Below, one piece after another: positions 32,978-46,587 of a stretch of DNA of 64,000 nt. The notes under the pieces were generated by a model. The model was given only the letters and a program-made list of their open reading frames with translations. It made no database searches and had not been told where the DNA came from. Every line of letters starts with the position of its first letter. The stretch's first letter is position 1. The stretch is from Malacoraja senta (lineage: Eukaryota): the NCBI GenBank assembly GCA_038087875.1, contig CM075988.1, forward strand, positions 10,728,001 through 10,792,000, read 5' to 3'. The position numbers and the translations under genes were made by a program.

Positions 32978-34025
32978 CTAGACTAAGTGGGACCCGTTTG
33001 GTCCCAGCTGGTCCCCCAATGCAATATTCCACCTCTCCACCAATTCCAATATGGGTGGCCAGTGGTGTTGGGGGGGGGGGGGGACGGACGGACTGGGTTT
33101 TATTGTCCCTCCACCTCCCACCGGAAGGGGCGTGGCCTTCATGGCGTGATTGACAGGTGAGAAAATCTAAACTTTTTAAAACACTAATAACTCTTTTATT
33201 TTTCATCGATGGGAAACATCCTCAGCACCTGATGAGCGGAGGGGGACTCTGAGTAAGATGGCCAAAAATCACAGCCGTACGTTGTAGCATTTTTTCTAAA
33301 ATCAATATAAAGCGCAAACAGGAAGTGGTCAAGATTAGACTTTTAACTATACAGAAGGCAAGGCAACTTTAATTAGGCAAGGCAACTTTAATTAGGAAAG
33401 GCAACTTTAATTAGGCATGGCAACTTTAATTAGGCACGGCAATTTTAATTCGGCAACACAGCTTTAGCATTTCCAAACCAAAGGCAACACAGCTTTAGCA
33501 ATTCCAAACCAAAGGCAACACAGCTTTAGCAATTCCAAACCAAAGGCAACAATGCTTTAGCATTTCCAAACTAAAGGCAACACAGCTTTAGCACTTCCAA
33601 ACCAAAGGCAACACTGCTTTAGCATTTCCAAACTATATTTTCAAACCACATTAAGGGCACTGACAAGTCAGTAAAACCACTCACAGTTTAGTAGACATGT
33701 GTTCAGTGTTATTCACAGCTCAGACTGAGAGATGTGACCCTCTTGCTCCCCCATCTTACAGAGACTGACTGAGGCACTCAACACTTCCGGGTTTTATAGT
33801 CCCTCCGGAAGGGGTGTGGCCTTCAGGAGAGAGAATCTCAATTTTTTTTTAACACTAATAACTCTTTTATTTTTCATCGATGGGAAAAATCCTCTTGTCG
33901 TGCGCAGCGGAGGGGGGTTCTGAGTAAGATGGCCAAAAATTACAGCCGTAAGTGGCAGCGTTTTTTCTAAAATCAATACACAGAACAACAGGAAGTGGTC
34001 AAGATCAGACTTTTAGTAATATAGA
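32978..34025 (-). mobile_element. Non-autonomous Helitron, copy 2
   Basis: Same 5' TCTATATTACTAAAAG and 3' hairpin + CTAG. Inserted at A|T with no TSD; the host CR1 restores to TATAAGA|TTATG (YKIM). Carries 19-bp and 31-bp tandem arrays at 33356-33632. Confidence 0.92.
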
Positions 34026-35181
34026 TTATGAGATGCATAGATAGGGGTAGACAGTCAGAACCTTTTTCCCCAGGGTAGAAATGTTGAAGACTAGAGGTCA
34101 TCATGTTAAGGTGAGAGAGACAAGGATTTTAAAGAGGGAGGTGAGTGCCTCGGAGGCACTACCAGGGATGGTGGTGGAGGCAGATACAATAGTGGCTCTT
34201 TAGATAGGCACATGAATATACATATGAATCATCTGCCAACAGAGGAGATTAGTTCATATTGGCATCATATTTGGCATAGACATTGTGGCCAAAGCGCTTG
34301 TTCCTGTGCTGTAGTTTTCTATGCTTTTAATCTTGCTGTCAATTGCTCATTCATGGCCATAATGTTTAGCATGGTGCATGGATTTTATCACACCAGGAAT
34401 TATGTTTGCAAATGTTGCAAGAAAAAAATCTCCAGAAGTAAAATGGAATTGGAATCTAATTCTTGAAACAAACGTTCCACTTATTTCTATTGATAATTAC
34501 AGAGCTATGGCTGTCTGCAACAATACTCTTCTTCCCTCATCAGTAATTTGATTTCAAAGTTATCATCTGAATGATCCAATTTGATGACTATTGATGTTGG
34601 AGTGGATTTTTATCACCTCGGTGAAATATAGAGATTTACTTGATCTGAAAATAACTGCAGGTTGTTGCTATAGACATGTGTGCAAATAAAAGCCAGGTTT
34701 AGAGATACAGTGTGGAAACCGTTCCTTCGGTCCACCAAGTCCACTTGTTCCATGCACATTCTTCCATTTTATAATCCATCTGCCTTGTTCTTACTAACTC
34801 AACTTACCTCTGTCCTCTTGAAACCTTTTTACATTCTCCTCTGTACTTACTTTACCTAGTTTGGTCTGGTTAATTAACTAAGAAATGTGACATTTTGTCC
34901 CCCAGCCAAATTAATGAAATAGATTGTGAAAAACTGAGGCCTAAACACCGATCCCTGTGATGTACGGACTGTCACAGCCAATCAATCAGAGAATGTTTTC
35001 ACTTTCTATCTGATAGCAATTTCTCAATCCATATCGAAGATAGACGCAAAATGCTAGAGTTACTCAACAGGTTAGGCAGCATCTCTGGAGAAAAGGAATA
35101 GGTTATGTTTCAGGTTGAGACCCTCCATCAGACATTTTGTGTTTATCCTCAGTATAAACCAGCATCTGCAGTTCTTTCTTA

Positions 35182-35664
35182 AGGACCTGTCCCACGAGCA
35201 TGCGACTGCATGCGGAAGCGCGACCAAACCGGAAGCGGGGGCCGCGCGGAGGTCGAGTGATCCCGGTACAGGGCCTGTCCCACCAGCATGCGACTGCATG
35301 CGGCAAGCGCGACCAAACCAGAAGCGGGGGCCGCGCGGAGGTCGAGTGAGTGACGTGAAGTTCGAACGAAGTTCGCGGGAAGTTCGCACGTGACGTACGG
35401 CATCAAGACGCTGCGTATGGCGTCGAGATGCTGTGCACGCCCATCGAGGCGGCTGCGGGTCGGCAGGCCGGCAGGCCGTTGCCGCGCGGAATTTTTGAAC
35501 AGTGTCAGTTTTTCAGAGCCCCACACGATGTCGGGACCAGCTCCGCACAACTCCATACGGCTCCGGCGATCGAAGTGGGACCGGCCCCGCGAGGCCGTAC
35601 GGCTCAAACGACCACGTTATGTCGCGCTTGCCGCCTGCACTCGCATGCTCGTGGGACAGGCCCT
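35182..35664. mobile_element. PIF/Harbinger-like MITE, GC-rich, left end duplicated
   Basis: TIR AGGACCTGTCCCACGAGCATGCG / CGCATGCTCGTGGGACAGGCCCT; TTA TSD; second left end at about 35270. Confidence 0.88.
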
Positions 35665-36947
35665 TTATACTCTCAATCCATGCCTTTGTGTAACTCCTTT
35701 CTATCCACCTATTGCTTTTGTCTTTTTTGGTGGGGTTGTAGCTTTGACTGGTTTGCCTTGGAGATTAACTACAATGCATTTTGTAGATGGGACATGTTGC
35801 AGTGTACATTTTTGGTGGAGTGAGTGAAAGTTAAAGAACTGGATTCTTACTAATCATTTTATTTTACTCTAAGTGCTCTCGAGCACATTTGATTCAGCAG
35901 AAATGGCAAACTTTGACGAGGAAAACAGCAGACGATGTTAAAGTGATTGTTAATGGGTGAACGCTCATCTTCAGTTTCAAGACTCTTGGAAAAGATTGAT
36001 GATTTGTTTTATTAAAGACTGTGAGGACCACATCGTTATTCTTTGGAAGGAGACTGTATTAGCCGTACATGTCTGTATAACTGAGAAAATCTGCGTCTGC
36101 TAGAGTTTTGTGATTGGATCTCAATCACAATCATCAAATGTGATATTGCTAAATCTGAACACAGTCAATGTCTAGCATTGTAACTAACAATGTAGCTGGG
36201 TTTTACTTCAGTTGGATGAAGCATTGTGTGTTCATTCCAGATTGTATACATAATTTTGAAATTGTATGAGCATAATTTCACGGTGGGTGTATCATTGCTT
36301 TGGTTTATTTTCCTTTGTGTTTTTGCTGCACTTCTCATCAGATTCTGGAAACACTTCCACCCACACAACACCCAACATTCTTACTGTGAGTACGTCAGCC
36401 AATCTTGCTTTGGAGTATTGCTGCAATGCAGAACAATAAACTACCTTTAATAAAAAGGGCACTGTCAGAAACATCTGCATTAAATACATTTAATAGATTA
36501 CTGAACAAAAGAACCTAACAAAAAAGGCAAGTAGGCTAAAACAGATGCAAAGTGCTGGAATCACTCAGCAGGCCAGGCAGTAGCTCAGGAGAACATGGAT
36601 AGGTGATGTTTTGGGTCAAGACCCTCCTTCAGTCTGACTGTAGGTGGGGAGGGGAGAAGAAAGCTGGAAAAGGGGAGAGGCATGTCAACGCATGGCCGTA
36701 ATAGGTCAACATAGGCGAGGGGGGAGTTTTAATCAGCAGATGGTTGGAGCAAGGGCCAGAGTTAAGAACAGAAAATGTAAGCCAAGTTTGAAGAGTTTAA
36801 GGGGTTGTTCTAATCTTAGTAAACAGGACATAATGGGACAATTGTCTAAATTGTCAGATAGATTGGGAGGCACAGCGGCGCAGTGGTAAAGTTGTTACCT
36901 TACAGTGCCAGACACCTGGGTTTGATCCTGACTACGATGCTGTCTGT

Positions 36948-37083
36948 CTTCTTCTTTTGTGTGGCGTGCACAGCCTAAAGTTGTTGGACAACTTGTTCTA
37001 TGTGATCTTCCGTTTGTGCACGTCGAGTTGATTGCATTATTCGAAACAGGGCGGACCACGTGAAGGTTGCAATCTTCCACCCC
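36948..37083 (-). mobile_element. 136-nt retroposed element with (AGA)n tail and 11-bp TSD
   Basis: Perfect TSD atgctgtctgt at 36937-36947 and 37084-37094; 3' end CACACAAAAGAAGAAG. Confidence 0.9.
37030..37083 (-). ncRNA. Minimal HDV/CPEB3-like ribozyme fold (catalytic position is A in this copy)
   Basis: P1 GGGGTGG/CCGCCCT, P2 GATTGCA/TGCAATC, P3 ACC/GGT, L3 TTCACGT, vestigial P4, J4/2 ATAA. Confidence 0.75.
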
Positions 37084-37809
37084 ATGCTGTCTGTGGAGAT
37101 GTGGTACATTCTCCCTGTAACCTTGTGGGTTTACTCGGGGTGCTCCGGTTTCTCCCCACACTCCAAAGTCACATGGGTTTGTAGGTTAATTGGCTTTGGT
37201 AAAATTGTAAATTGGCCCGCATCTGTAGGATAGTGCTAGTGTATGGGAATCGCTGGTCGCATGGACACGGTGGGTCGAAGGGCCTGTTTCTGCGCTGTAT
37301 CTCTAAAGTCTACAGGCTAAAGTATAAAGAAACCAACACTGCAACTACTTTAAAAAGTTGTGGTGAGGAATGTAGAGTTCATGTCTAGAGGGCATGTCTT
37401 CAGTCAGGACACGAGGTACTTTCAGCTGTCCACGTGGGTAAAAATGCTTCAGCCTTCTCTTTATCATTCATTTTGTCCAACATAATTCATGACTCAAATC
37501 GCATTATGGATTCAGCTCAGAGCCAAGGAAAGAGGTCATGTCCATGCCAGCTTTGTAGATGTGGCATGCCAAGCTTTGATTTGTCCCTAGGATCCATCCA
37601 AACAGACCGTAAAATTCCTGAAATAGTATTGTATATAATGATCAATGAATTGAAATAACTTTTTGGATGCATAATGATCTAATTCTGGTGAGTAATTGCA
37701 ACCTTTTCCTCACAAAGTGGAATACTTCTCTATTGGTGTCATCAATTAAATCCTCTATCGCCACTATTGGTGGTTTCAATAATATAATTGACATTAAACT
37801 TTAATGAGT

Positions 37810-38490
37810 TTAGTTTATTATCATCACGTGTACTGAGAAATAATAAAAAGATTCACATTGTGTGATATCCAGGCAAATCATACCATACCACAGGAAAATA
37901 AACATAGTGCAGAATATAGTGTTACAGCTACAGAGAAAAGTGCAGGTAAACAAATGCAAGGGCCACAAGATTGGTTGGGAGATCGGGACTACATCCTTAG
38001 ATTTTGTGCGAACAATCCAATCATCTAATAGCAGGGAAGAAGCTGTTCTTGAAACTGGTGAGATGCACTTTCATGCTATTGCATCTTCTGCTTGATGGGA
38101 GAAGGGAGAAGAGGGACATTGTGCTTGATGTATGTTGGTTGCTCTCCTGCGGCAGCGTGAAGTGTAGATGGAGTTGATGAGGGGAGAAGCTAGTTTACAC
38201 GATGGACTGGACTGTACTCACAACTGCAATTTCTTGCTGTCTTGGACAGAGCAGTTGCCACGCCGAGCTGTGATGCATACAGACAGAATGCTGTCAATGG
38301 TGCTCCTGTAGGAATTGGCAAGAGTCTTTGGAGACATATAGAAGCTTTGGTGCGATTTCTTCCTATGCCATCAAAATGATTGGACCAAGACGAACTGCTG
38401 GTGATATTTATACCTGGGAACTTGAAGCTCTAGACCAACTCCACTTCAGCATCATTGACACAGTCCAGGGTATATATGCTATTCTCTGTG
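37810..38490 (-). mobile_element. Old Rex1/Babar-like LINE 3' relic
   Basis: FKFPGINIT and STGAPLTAFCL-like decayed segments; GTGATGATAATAAAC tail. Confidence 0.5.
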
Positions 38491-40934
38491 CCCCTCAAAC
38501 CAGATTAATTATTACATCTGTTAAAATAGCATCTAAAATAAATTCATTGCATTATTACATTTGAATCACTTTATCGTATTATTTGGGTTTTCATGGTACT
38601 GGCTAAATTATTGATCTCCACTGGAAATGTAATAAGCCAGTACTTAGAAGAAACTACAGGTACTAACTGCACAAGATAGTCTACCTGCAGTCTACTGAAA
38701 CTGGCAGTTAAGCTCAGTTGGTACCACTTTGTGCACTGAAAACAAAAATTAAAATCCACTGTAGAGCAAAGTACATTATTTTTGCCGATACATCAGCACG
38801 ATGCTGAAGGTGTTTTGTACTGCTGGAGGAACGTTTTTTTTCCGTTTTCCGGGCTTCCAAACTAATTATCTGCTCGTTGATTTTCTGTTTGTGGGGCCCC
38901 TGCTGTGTACAAACTGGTAGGTACATCTGCTTGCAAAGCAGACGGGTGACTTCAGTTCAATGCTCTGGGATATGTTGAGAATCTGATCAATGCTATGTAA
39001 ATACAAATGCTTCTTTCAGATACAAAGAAGCAGTGAGCTAGAAGGATTAGTAGAATGGTACTTCAATTCCTCACCGGTTCCCCCAAAAAATTACTGTCCC
39101 CGTGACATGCTCCCAGTCGACCTGTCTTTCATGTTAATGGACTAGGATGCACTACTTTAGCATTGTTACACCATCTTGCTCACTTTACCTGCAGAATAGC
39201 TTTAAGTGAATTATTAAGCAAGCTAGTGCAGATACTAATTAACCAATGACCCCGCAAGCGGTGTCTTGCCAACAGTCATCTATTCAGCGTTTGAAAAGGT
39301 CATGCAGTAGCATTAATATTCCTGTGTGGGCATGATACTAAGGAGTAAGTTTGAGAAGTCAGTGTGCAGGCCTCAAACACTTGTAATCTTTCGGTTGCAT
39401 TACCAGCTTCAAGGTACAAAACCTCTGTGGGTTGCCAACGTGTTTTGACTTGCAAATAACTGGAAACGTTCAGCTTCCCGAGGCATCAAGCCTTATTTTT
39501 CAGAAGGGAGATGATCGAGCCTGTGTGGACCCACCACCGAACTCCACGCCCCTGATCTAACTTGAAATGTAGTCACTATTGTTCTGTCAAAAAACATGCC
39601 AGTATTTTGCTCACAACAAAGTAACAGAAGCATCACTGAAAACCTGCCCAGGAAATTATTTTGGTGGATATTAAAGTTCCATGAGTTCATATTAGCCCAT
39701 AGACTCTGGGAGAAATTTATCCCCGGCAGCATGTGCTAAATGTACATAATACCAGCAATTGTCACCTGAACATGTCTTCTGAAATTTGACTCTATTGAAG
39801 ATAAAGGAACCATATTTTGGAAATTGAATATGATGCCCAGTTTCTATAACACATATATGTTTATTGCAAGTTATGGAAACAACTGCCTAACTATGAGGCT
39901 TGAGGTAAATGATTGAAAAGGAAAAAAACTTGCAGATACTGGACATTACCCAAGTTCTTTCTGCCCTCCTCCACCCTCTCTTTGTGACATAAAACTAATG
40001 TATTTTTTCACCTTTCCAATTCTGAAGAAGCGTTATTGGTCTGAATGTTTTCTCCCTCAACTCTGCTTGACCTGCTGAATGCGCCCAGCATTTTCTGTTT
40101 TTATTTCAGATTTCAGCTATTTGGTTTGCATTTTTTTAACTTTCAAGTCCTTGCAGTTTATCCAAATTCTTTGTGGATTCCATAGAAATAATTAACATGC
40201 ATTCAGCAAATCCTTCTCTTTGAAATAATAGACATGAAATGTTCAGAATTGTCATTAAAAGAAACTTAAGTACATTCATTGAGTGTTTTTCAAGTAACAT
40301 AAAATGTCACCTTCCGCTCTTTAGAAACTATGGTTACATAAATTGACGCATACGATATTTTTACATAATAAAGTAGTAAATAAGATTTTAAAGCCAAAAG
40401 TTTTGATATCAGTCTATGTAAGTGCATTAAAATCATGAATTTCAAAGATATTAACTATAAATGTTCTCCAAATTCATTCAAGGGAGATAAATGTCCTGAA
40501 ATTAAACAAACAAAAACATTTGTAGTAAAGCATTTGTTCAAACCTCCTTACAAACAGAATCAGAAAACAGAATCTGAAAAAGGGTCTCGACCCAAAACGG
40601 CACACATTCCTTCTATCAAGAGATGCTGCCTGTCCCGCTGAGTGACTCCAGCATTTTGTGTCTATCAGAAATTAGATGTTGGTGGATTCAGATACCAATC
40701 AGATTTGTGGCTGTATTCATTTGTAAAGGCTGATTCGTAAAGTGAGCTCTGTATTATAAACTGAAGGACACTCGCAAGGTATGTACTGAATCCTGGGTTG
40801 CCTATTCTGGGTTGCCTATTCCTTAAAGTTGCTTGCTACGCTTGAGTGAATTTCATTAGTTCATGGTTAGACAGGAGCGTTAGACTAAATTGGGTTAATA
40901 TAAGAAGTTAAAATAATTGGCAATCCCCTTGCAA

Positions 40935-42452
40935 TTTGGAAAAGCTGCAAGGCTGCTTCGCATGCACTGATTGGGAAGTTTTCCGCGCAGCTGGTGTCCT
41001 CCACGACTACACGGACACAGTGACGTCATATGTCCAATTTTGCGAGCAACTCTGTATCCCTTCAAGAACGGTTAAACAATACAACAATAAGCCCTGGTTC
41101 ACAAAAGAAATTCAACAATTAAGAACTGAGAAAAATGCTGCATATAAATCTGGAAATAAGCAGGACTACATGGCTGCAAAATATCAATTAAGGTCTACAA
41201 TAAGGAAAGCCAAACACAATTATGCCACCAAAATAGAACAAGAAATCTCAACCAACAACACTAGAACTGTCTGGAAAAAACTTCAGGAAATCACCAACTA
41301 CAAAAAGAAATCCACCCCCATCCCTGATAATGATCATCAACTCCCAGACAAACTGAACACTTTCTATGGCAGGTTTGAACAGTCTCCAGTCCCTCCACCA
41401 TCGTCCCCCTCTCCTCTTCCTCCCCCTCCATTCCACATCCAGGAGGCCGAGGTGAGGACTACCTTCAGGAGACAGAAGAAAAACAAATCTGCAGGCCCAG
41501 ACAACATCAGCCCAGACAACATCAGCCCAGCAGTGCTCCATCATTGTGCAGCAGAACTGGCCCCTGTGTTCACCAACATCTTCAATACCTCCCTCTGCCA
41601 ATGTTCAGTGCCCCAGTGCTTCAAACAATCCACCATCATTCCTGTGCCCAAGTCTAACACACATCCTGCCTCAATGACTACAGACCGATTGCCCTTACAT
41701 CTGTGGCCATGAAGTCATTTGAGCACATTATTCTCGTTCACCTCAAAACCAGCACTTCCTCCAACATGGACCCACATCAATTTGCATATAGAGCCAACAG
41801 GTCAGTAGAAGACACAGTCAACCTGGCCATCCATCACACTCTGCAACACCTGGAAACCGCCAACACTTACGCCCGCATCCTGTTCATGGACTTCAGTTCG
41901 GCATTCAACTCCATCAACCCGGTCAAACTCTTCCATAAATTAACGGACATGAACATTGACCCCCTGCATCTGTCATTGGATCTATAGCTTCCTTTGGAAC
42001 AGACAACAGAGGGTGAAGATACATAACACCATATCTCACCCTCTGCACCTCAGTACAGGAGCCCCTCAGGGCTGCGTCTTGTCACCCTGGTTATTCTCAC
42101 TCTACACAAATCAACTCACATCCCAGTATAGTTCAGTCAAAATATATAAATACGCAGATGACACAACCATCATAGGTCTCATCTCTAACAACAACGAAAC
42201 AGAATACCGCACTCAAACAAACAAAGCAGTCACTTGGTGCACAGATAATAACCTCCTACTCAACACATCAAAAACACATGAACTTATCATTGATCTCAGA
42301 CGTAAGGCACAACCCAATGTTGTTGTGTTTTATGTTATGTTTGACGGGAATCAGCCTATTGTGTAACATCCTGTACTGAACATGAATTCCACCAGCTTGA
42401 CTGTGTGGTCATTAAATAATCTGAATCTGAAGTAATCTGAATCTGATTCTGA
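40935..42452 (+). mobile_element. Rex1/Babar-clade LINE fragment (RT, frameshifted, 3' internally deleted)
   Basis: LQGCFACTDWEVF, NNKPWF, DPHQFAYRANRS, DFSSAFN, GAPQGCVLSP, YADD. Jumps to a 3'UTR near 42316; (TCTGAA)n tail. Confidence 0.9.
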
Positions 42453-44844
42453 ATGTGTAAGTTATGCCTGGGTGATTAGAAAGCAAAGTGCTTTATGATT
42501 ATAAAGAAGTCCAAAGCCCTAATTGTTAAAAGCTGAGATAGAGGCATACATGTAGCCCAGAACCTGAAGGGAAATGAGTAACAAGCTGAAACAAAATGAA
42601 AAAAAAAATTCAAATCTATAATATATAAAACAATAACGTAGGATCCAATAGTGCCCAAATGAATGTCCCAATGAACTACAAACAAAGAAACAATCCAAGA
42701 AGCTTTGGTAGGTTGACCACTGTGAATGTGTTGAGTGGAAAAATCTGGGTAAGTAAAATGTGATTAATACAGGACTGGTGTAAATGGGCGAAAGGACAGT
42801 TTGTTTCCATGCCGGGTGACACTGTGGAAAAATTTGGAACTGATCCATTACATGCTGAGAACGATATTCTGTACACAGTATCTTCGCCTTTGTTCTATCT
42901 ATTGTACTTGAGTTTGACTTGATTGCATCTGTGTGCGGTGTATCTGATCTGTTTGGATAGCATGCAAAACAAAGGTTTTCTCTGTACCTCGGTATACATG
43001 ACAACAATAAACCTAAACCCAAATGAACGCGTATCAGGAAAATACATTTTATGTGTCTTTGAAATGAGTCTGAAGAAGGGTCTCAACCCAAATTGTCACC
43101 AATTCCTTCTCTCCAGAGATGCTGCTTGTCCCACTGAGTTACACCAGCATTTTGTGTCTACCTCAGAAAAAGAAACAATAGGTTCATTAAAGTTTGCTGG
43201 TCGATACTTCATAAAATTGTTGAAATGAGCAAAGGGCTGATGATTGCACAAAGACTTTCAGTAAGTTATTTTGGTCTGCCACTTGCCCAGACTCCAAATG
43301 TGGCACTTTCTGGGACAGTTCATCTGGACCTAATTCTTTACCTGGTGCTTTGCTTTGCCACACAAATCTATTTTTCATGATCTCATGCCTATCAGGGGCC
43401 ATAAAAGTAGTCGCTGTGCGAAGGCCAAAGGGGAAAGATATTATCGTAATGGAGGATGTGTGCAATATTTTATGGGATGAACATAGTAAGAGAGGGCATT
43501 AAAGGATTTAGCTTGTTTGAAAATGCAAAATTATCCGAAGCAGTTCAGAGAAAAAAGGAGGAAATTACATAAGCTGTAACCACAATTCCACTTGAGAGGA
43601 CACAGCAATCCAAGGGAATACACAATGAATGGAGGAGTATGGAGAACACTGGAGGAACAAAGGGTTTTGGGTCTATGCCCACGGATTCTTTATGGTAGCA
43701 TAAGGCGTTATTAAGGCGGTGCTGGAAAAGCATATCGAGTATGTTACTCTGTTGGCTGAGTTGTAGACCATAAAAAAACAGGATGTTATGCCTGAACTGT
43801 GTACAACACAAGTTGTGTCACATTTTGAGTACTGAATGTAATTCTGGTCAACTCATTACAAGAGAGATGTGATTGTATTGGAAAGGGTGCAGAAATGTTA
43901 TGAGGATATCCCCAGGAATGGAAAATTGTAGCTATAATGAAAGAGTTTATTAGGATTTTTTTTTGTTGCTTTGCAACACATGAGGCTGAGGCCTGAATTG
44001 AATTGTAGAAACTATGATTAAATGAGAAGGACCTATTTCCCTTAGGAGCAAGATCTAAAACAGGACCCATAGACTTGAAGGCATATAAGTCTGCCATGTT
44101 GTATGCAGTCTGATTAGCTTCACCTTGACTACACTATATTGGCTAACATGAGCAAGCCCACTCCTCCTATGATATCCCTTATGAATCTTCTTTAACCCAC
44201 CTCCATTTTGTATTGCAATGCCTTCATAATGCTTCTGATGCAAGTGACGTGATTCAAGCCATTCAGCAATTGTGTAAATACAGTCGACACCAAAGCCCTT
44301 CGCAGAAGTATTGTTCGTGCCAAACATAATTGATATTGGCTCCTTACAGCATCCTGTGTTGAGCCTTTTGCTTCTCACTGTGTTCGTGGCATAGCTATTG
44401 CCCTACACCTTGGGTGAACGGGTTTTCTCATACCGATCAAACCAATTACAGGTTGTTGTTCTTAACTGAATAACATCTAGTTTTGTGAATTGTCCCATTA
44501 TTGCAAGGATCTTAAGTGGCAGTTGAAGCAATGCCTTTCACTCATGCTACAAACAGAAAATGATCTTCATTAACTTCAGAACATCTTCCCCTCTGGGACA
44601 CCACATGTCAGTCCAATTCTCTGTCATCCTGCTATTTTAGTTTGTAGGCCTATTTCTTAGCTTCAAGTTGATTGTTCTCAGTAGGTAGTTCTGTAATCAA
44701 TGCCTTCTGGCTTAGTATCACTAGCTTCATCTGCTAACTCATATGAAGTAGACATGTCCCGAGCAGTCACTGATAAAGATCCAAACTGTCTGAGATCTAC
44801 CTGGTGGAATAAAACTGGGTACTTCCACTACCTTCCACTACCAC

Positions 44845-44942
44845 TCAGTGTGACTGAGGAGTGAATGAATAATGCGATGTAAAGCGCCTTGAGTATTAGA
44901 AAGGCGCTATATAAATCCCATCCATTATTATTATTATTATTA
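44845..44942 (+). mobile_element. L2-type LINE/SINE 3' end
   Basis: GTAAAGCGCCTT-loop-AAGGCGCT stem, then ATATAAAT and a (TTA)n tail. Confidence 0.7.
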
Positions 44943-45203
44943 CCTGCAATCTCCGGCAATCACCTTCAACTAGCATCGCAACCGGCTTCAACTAAAAAAT
45001 TACCGATTTTTAAAACGGCAACCTATTTTTAGTCGCGGCTGGTTTTGAATTTTTTGAAATAATGGCCGGAACATAGAAGAAGCGGAAACCACTTTCGACC
45101 TTTAGGGAGACTGACAAAAACCTCCGGGAACCGCACGAAAACCTTGGGTGGGGCGCAAAGTCTCCAGAGGTTTCCGTTCAGGTTTCTAAGTGGGACAGGG
45201 GCA
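44943..45203. mobile_element. One-ended Harbinger-like MITE remnant
   Basis: Right end AAGTGGGACAGGGGCA followed by TTA. Confidence 0.55.
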
Positions 45204-45917
45204 TTAGGGTCCCCGGGGTTCTTTAGTCTGAAGAATGGACTTGACCCGAAACGTCACCTATTCCTTTTTTCCAGAGATGCTACTTGACCCGCTGAGTTAC
45301 TCTAGCTTTTTGTGTCTATTCCCGGGGTTGCTCCAGCACCTAACATTTCCATGCAGCAACCCACCTTCTGACTGAGCACCTTTCAGAAAGGACTGAGTTT
45401 AACTGAGAAGCTTCTCATTCAATCCAATTCAGTCTCATTCCTTGTCAGACTGAAGGGCCTGTCCCACTAAGGTGACTTTTTAGGCGAGTGCAGGAGACTG
45501 CGCTCGCCATATGGTCGCCACATGTTCGCTGGTGGTCTCTGGTGAGTCTCCTTCATGGTCGCGAGGAGTTCCTACATTCTGGTAACAAGTCTCGGCCTCA
45601 GTTTGGTCGGCGCAAATTTTTCAACATGTTGAACATTTTTCTGCGACCAAAAATTGGTTGCCATGGAGTAAATCGATAATCCTGTAGTCGTAGGTGCAGT
45701 TGTAGTGGGGTCGCCATGTAGTTATGAGTAGTCGTAGGTAGTTTTAGTTAATCACCTTTGCTGACCGGGCATTTTCATTGGCATATTGAGGGAAAAAAAA
45801 CGTAAGCACGAGATTTCAGAACCAAGAATAGCCGACCGGTAATGTTAAATGCCTGCCAAACTTCACAGCTGTATATCTCTGGCTTATTAAAAGTTGTCTG
45901 GCATCTTAAAAGTGTCT

Positions 45918-46356
45918 CCACTCCTCCCCACCACCATTCCCCCCCCACCCCCTTCTCCCCCCCCCCGTTTTCCCCCCCTTCTCCCCCCCCTTCTCCCCCC
46001 CTTCTCCCCCCCTCCTTCTCCCCCCCTCCTTCTCCCCCCTCTCTCCCCCCTTCTCTCCCCTCTTCTCTCCCCCCTCTCCCCCTCTTCTCTCCCCCATTCT
46101 CTCCCCCCTTCTCTCCCCCACCTTCTCCCCACCGCCCTTCTCCCCACCGCCCTTCTCCCCACCGCCCTTCACCTCACCGCTCTTCTCCCCACCCCTTTAT
46201 ACTCCCCCCCTTCTCTCCCCCCCTTCTCCCCACCACCCTTCACCCCACCGCCCTTCTACTCCCCCCCTTCTCTCCACCCCTTCTCCCCCCATTCTTCCCC
46301 CATCTCCCCCATTCTCCCCTCCCCCTCCCATATTCTCCCCTCCCCACCCCCCCTCT
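45918..46356. repeat. Polypyrimidine/polypurine low-complexity tract
   Basis: ccccttctcccc-type units. Confidence 0.95.
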
Positions 46357-46495
46357 TTTAAAGGACTTACGATACACTGTGCTTGCCATTGTAACCTTCC
46401 TGCTCATCGCAGTGTGTGTCTCTATTACCTGGGCTTTGCACCGTGTGAATTTCGGACAGCGCTCGCCCCCCCCGCTTTCCCTGGCCCCGCCTTTG

Positions 46496-46498
<3 letters not shown>

Positions 46499-46586
<88 letters not shown>
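46499..46586. repeat. (TG)44 microsatellite
   Basis: Direct reading. Confidence 0.98.

Positions 46587-46587
<1 letters not shown>

Larger units (their letters stand above)
31525..34320 (+). mobile_element. Old, internally deleted CR1 hosting MITE, V-SINE and Helitron insertions
   Basis: ORF1 relic VRELELQLDD..IDRSYSEVV; RT relic VDVVYMEFSKAFDK; LRGDLIEIYK|IMR split by the Helitron; 3'UTR to about 34320. Confidence 0.75.
36865..37320 (+). mobile_element. V-SINE interrupted by a 136-bp insert
   Basis: Head GGCACAGCGGCGCAGTGG...GGTTTGATCC; the V-domain resumes at 37084. Confidence 0.85.

Noticed and set aside
36865..36936. tRNA-like A/B boxes
   Set aside because: SINE head without a complete cloverleaf; the same applies to the other V-SINE heads.
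44150..44830. Possible minus-strand LINE RT relic (GLTCGVPEG)
   Set aside because: Too decayed to assign without a profile search.
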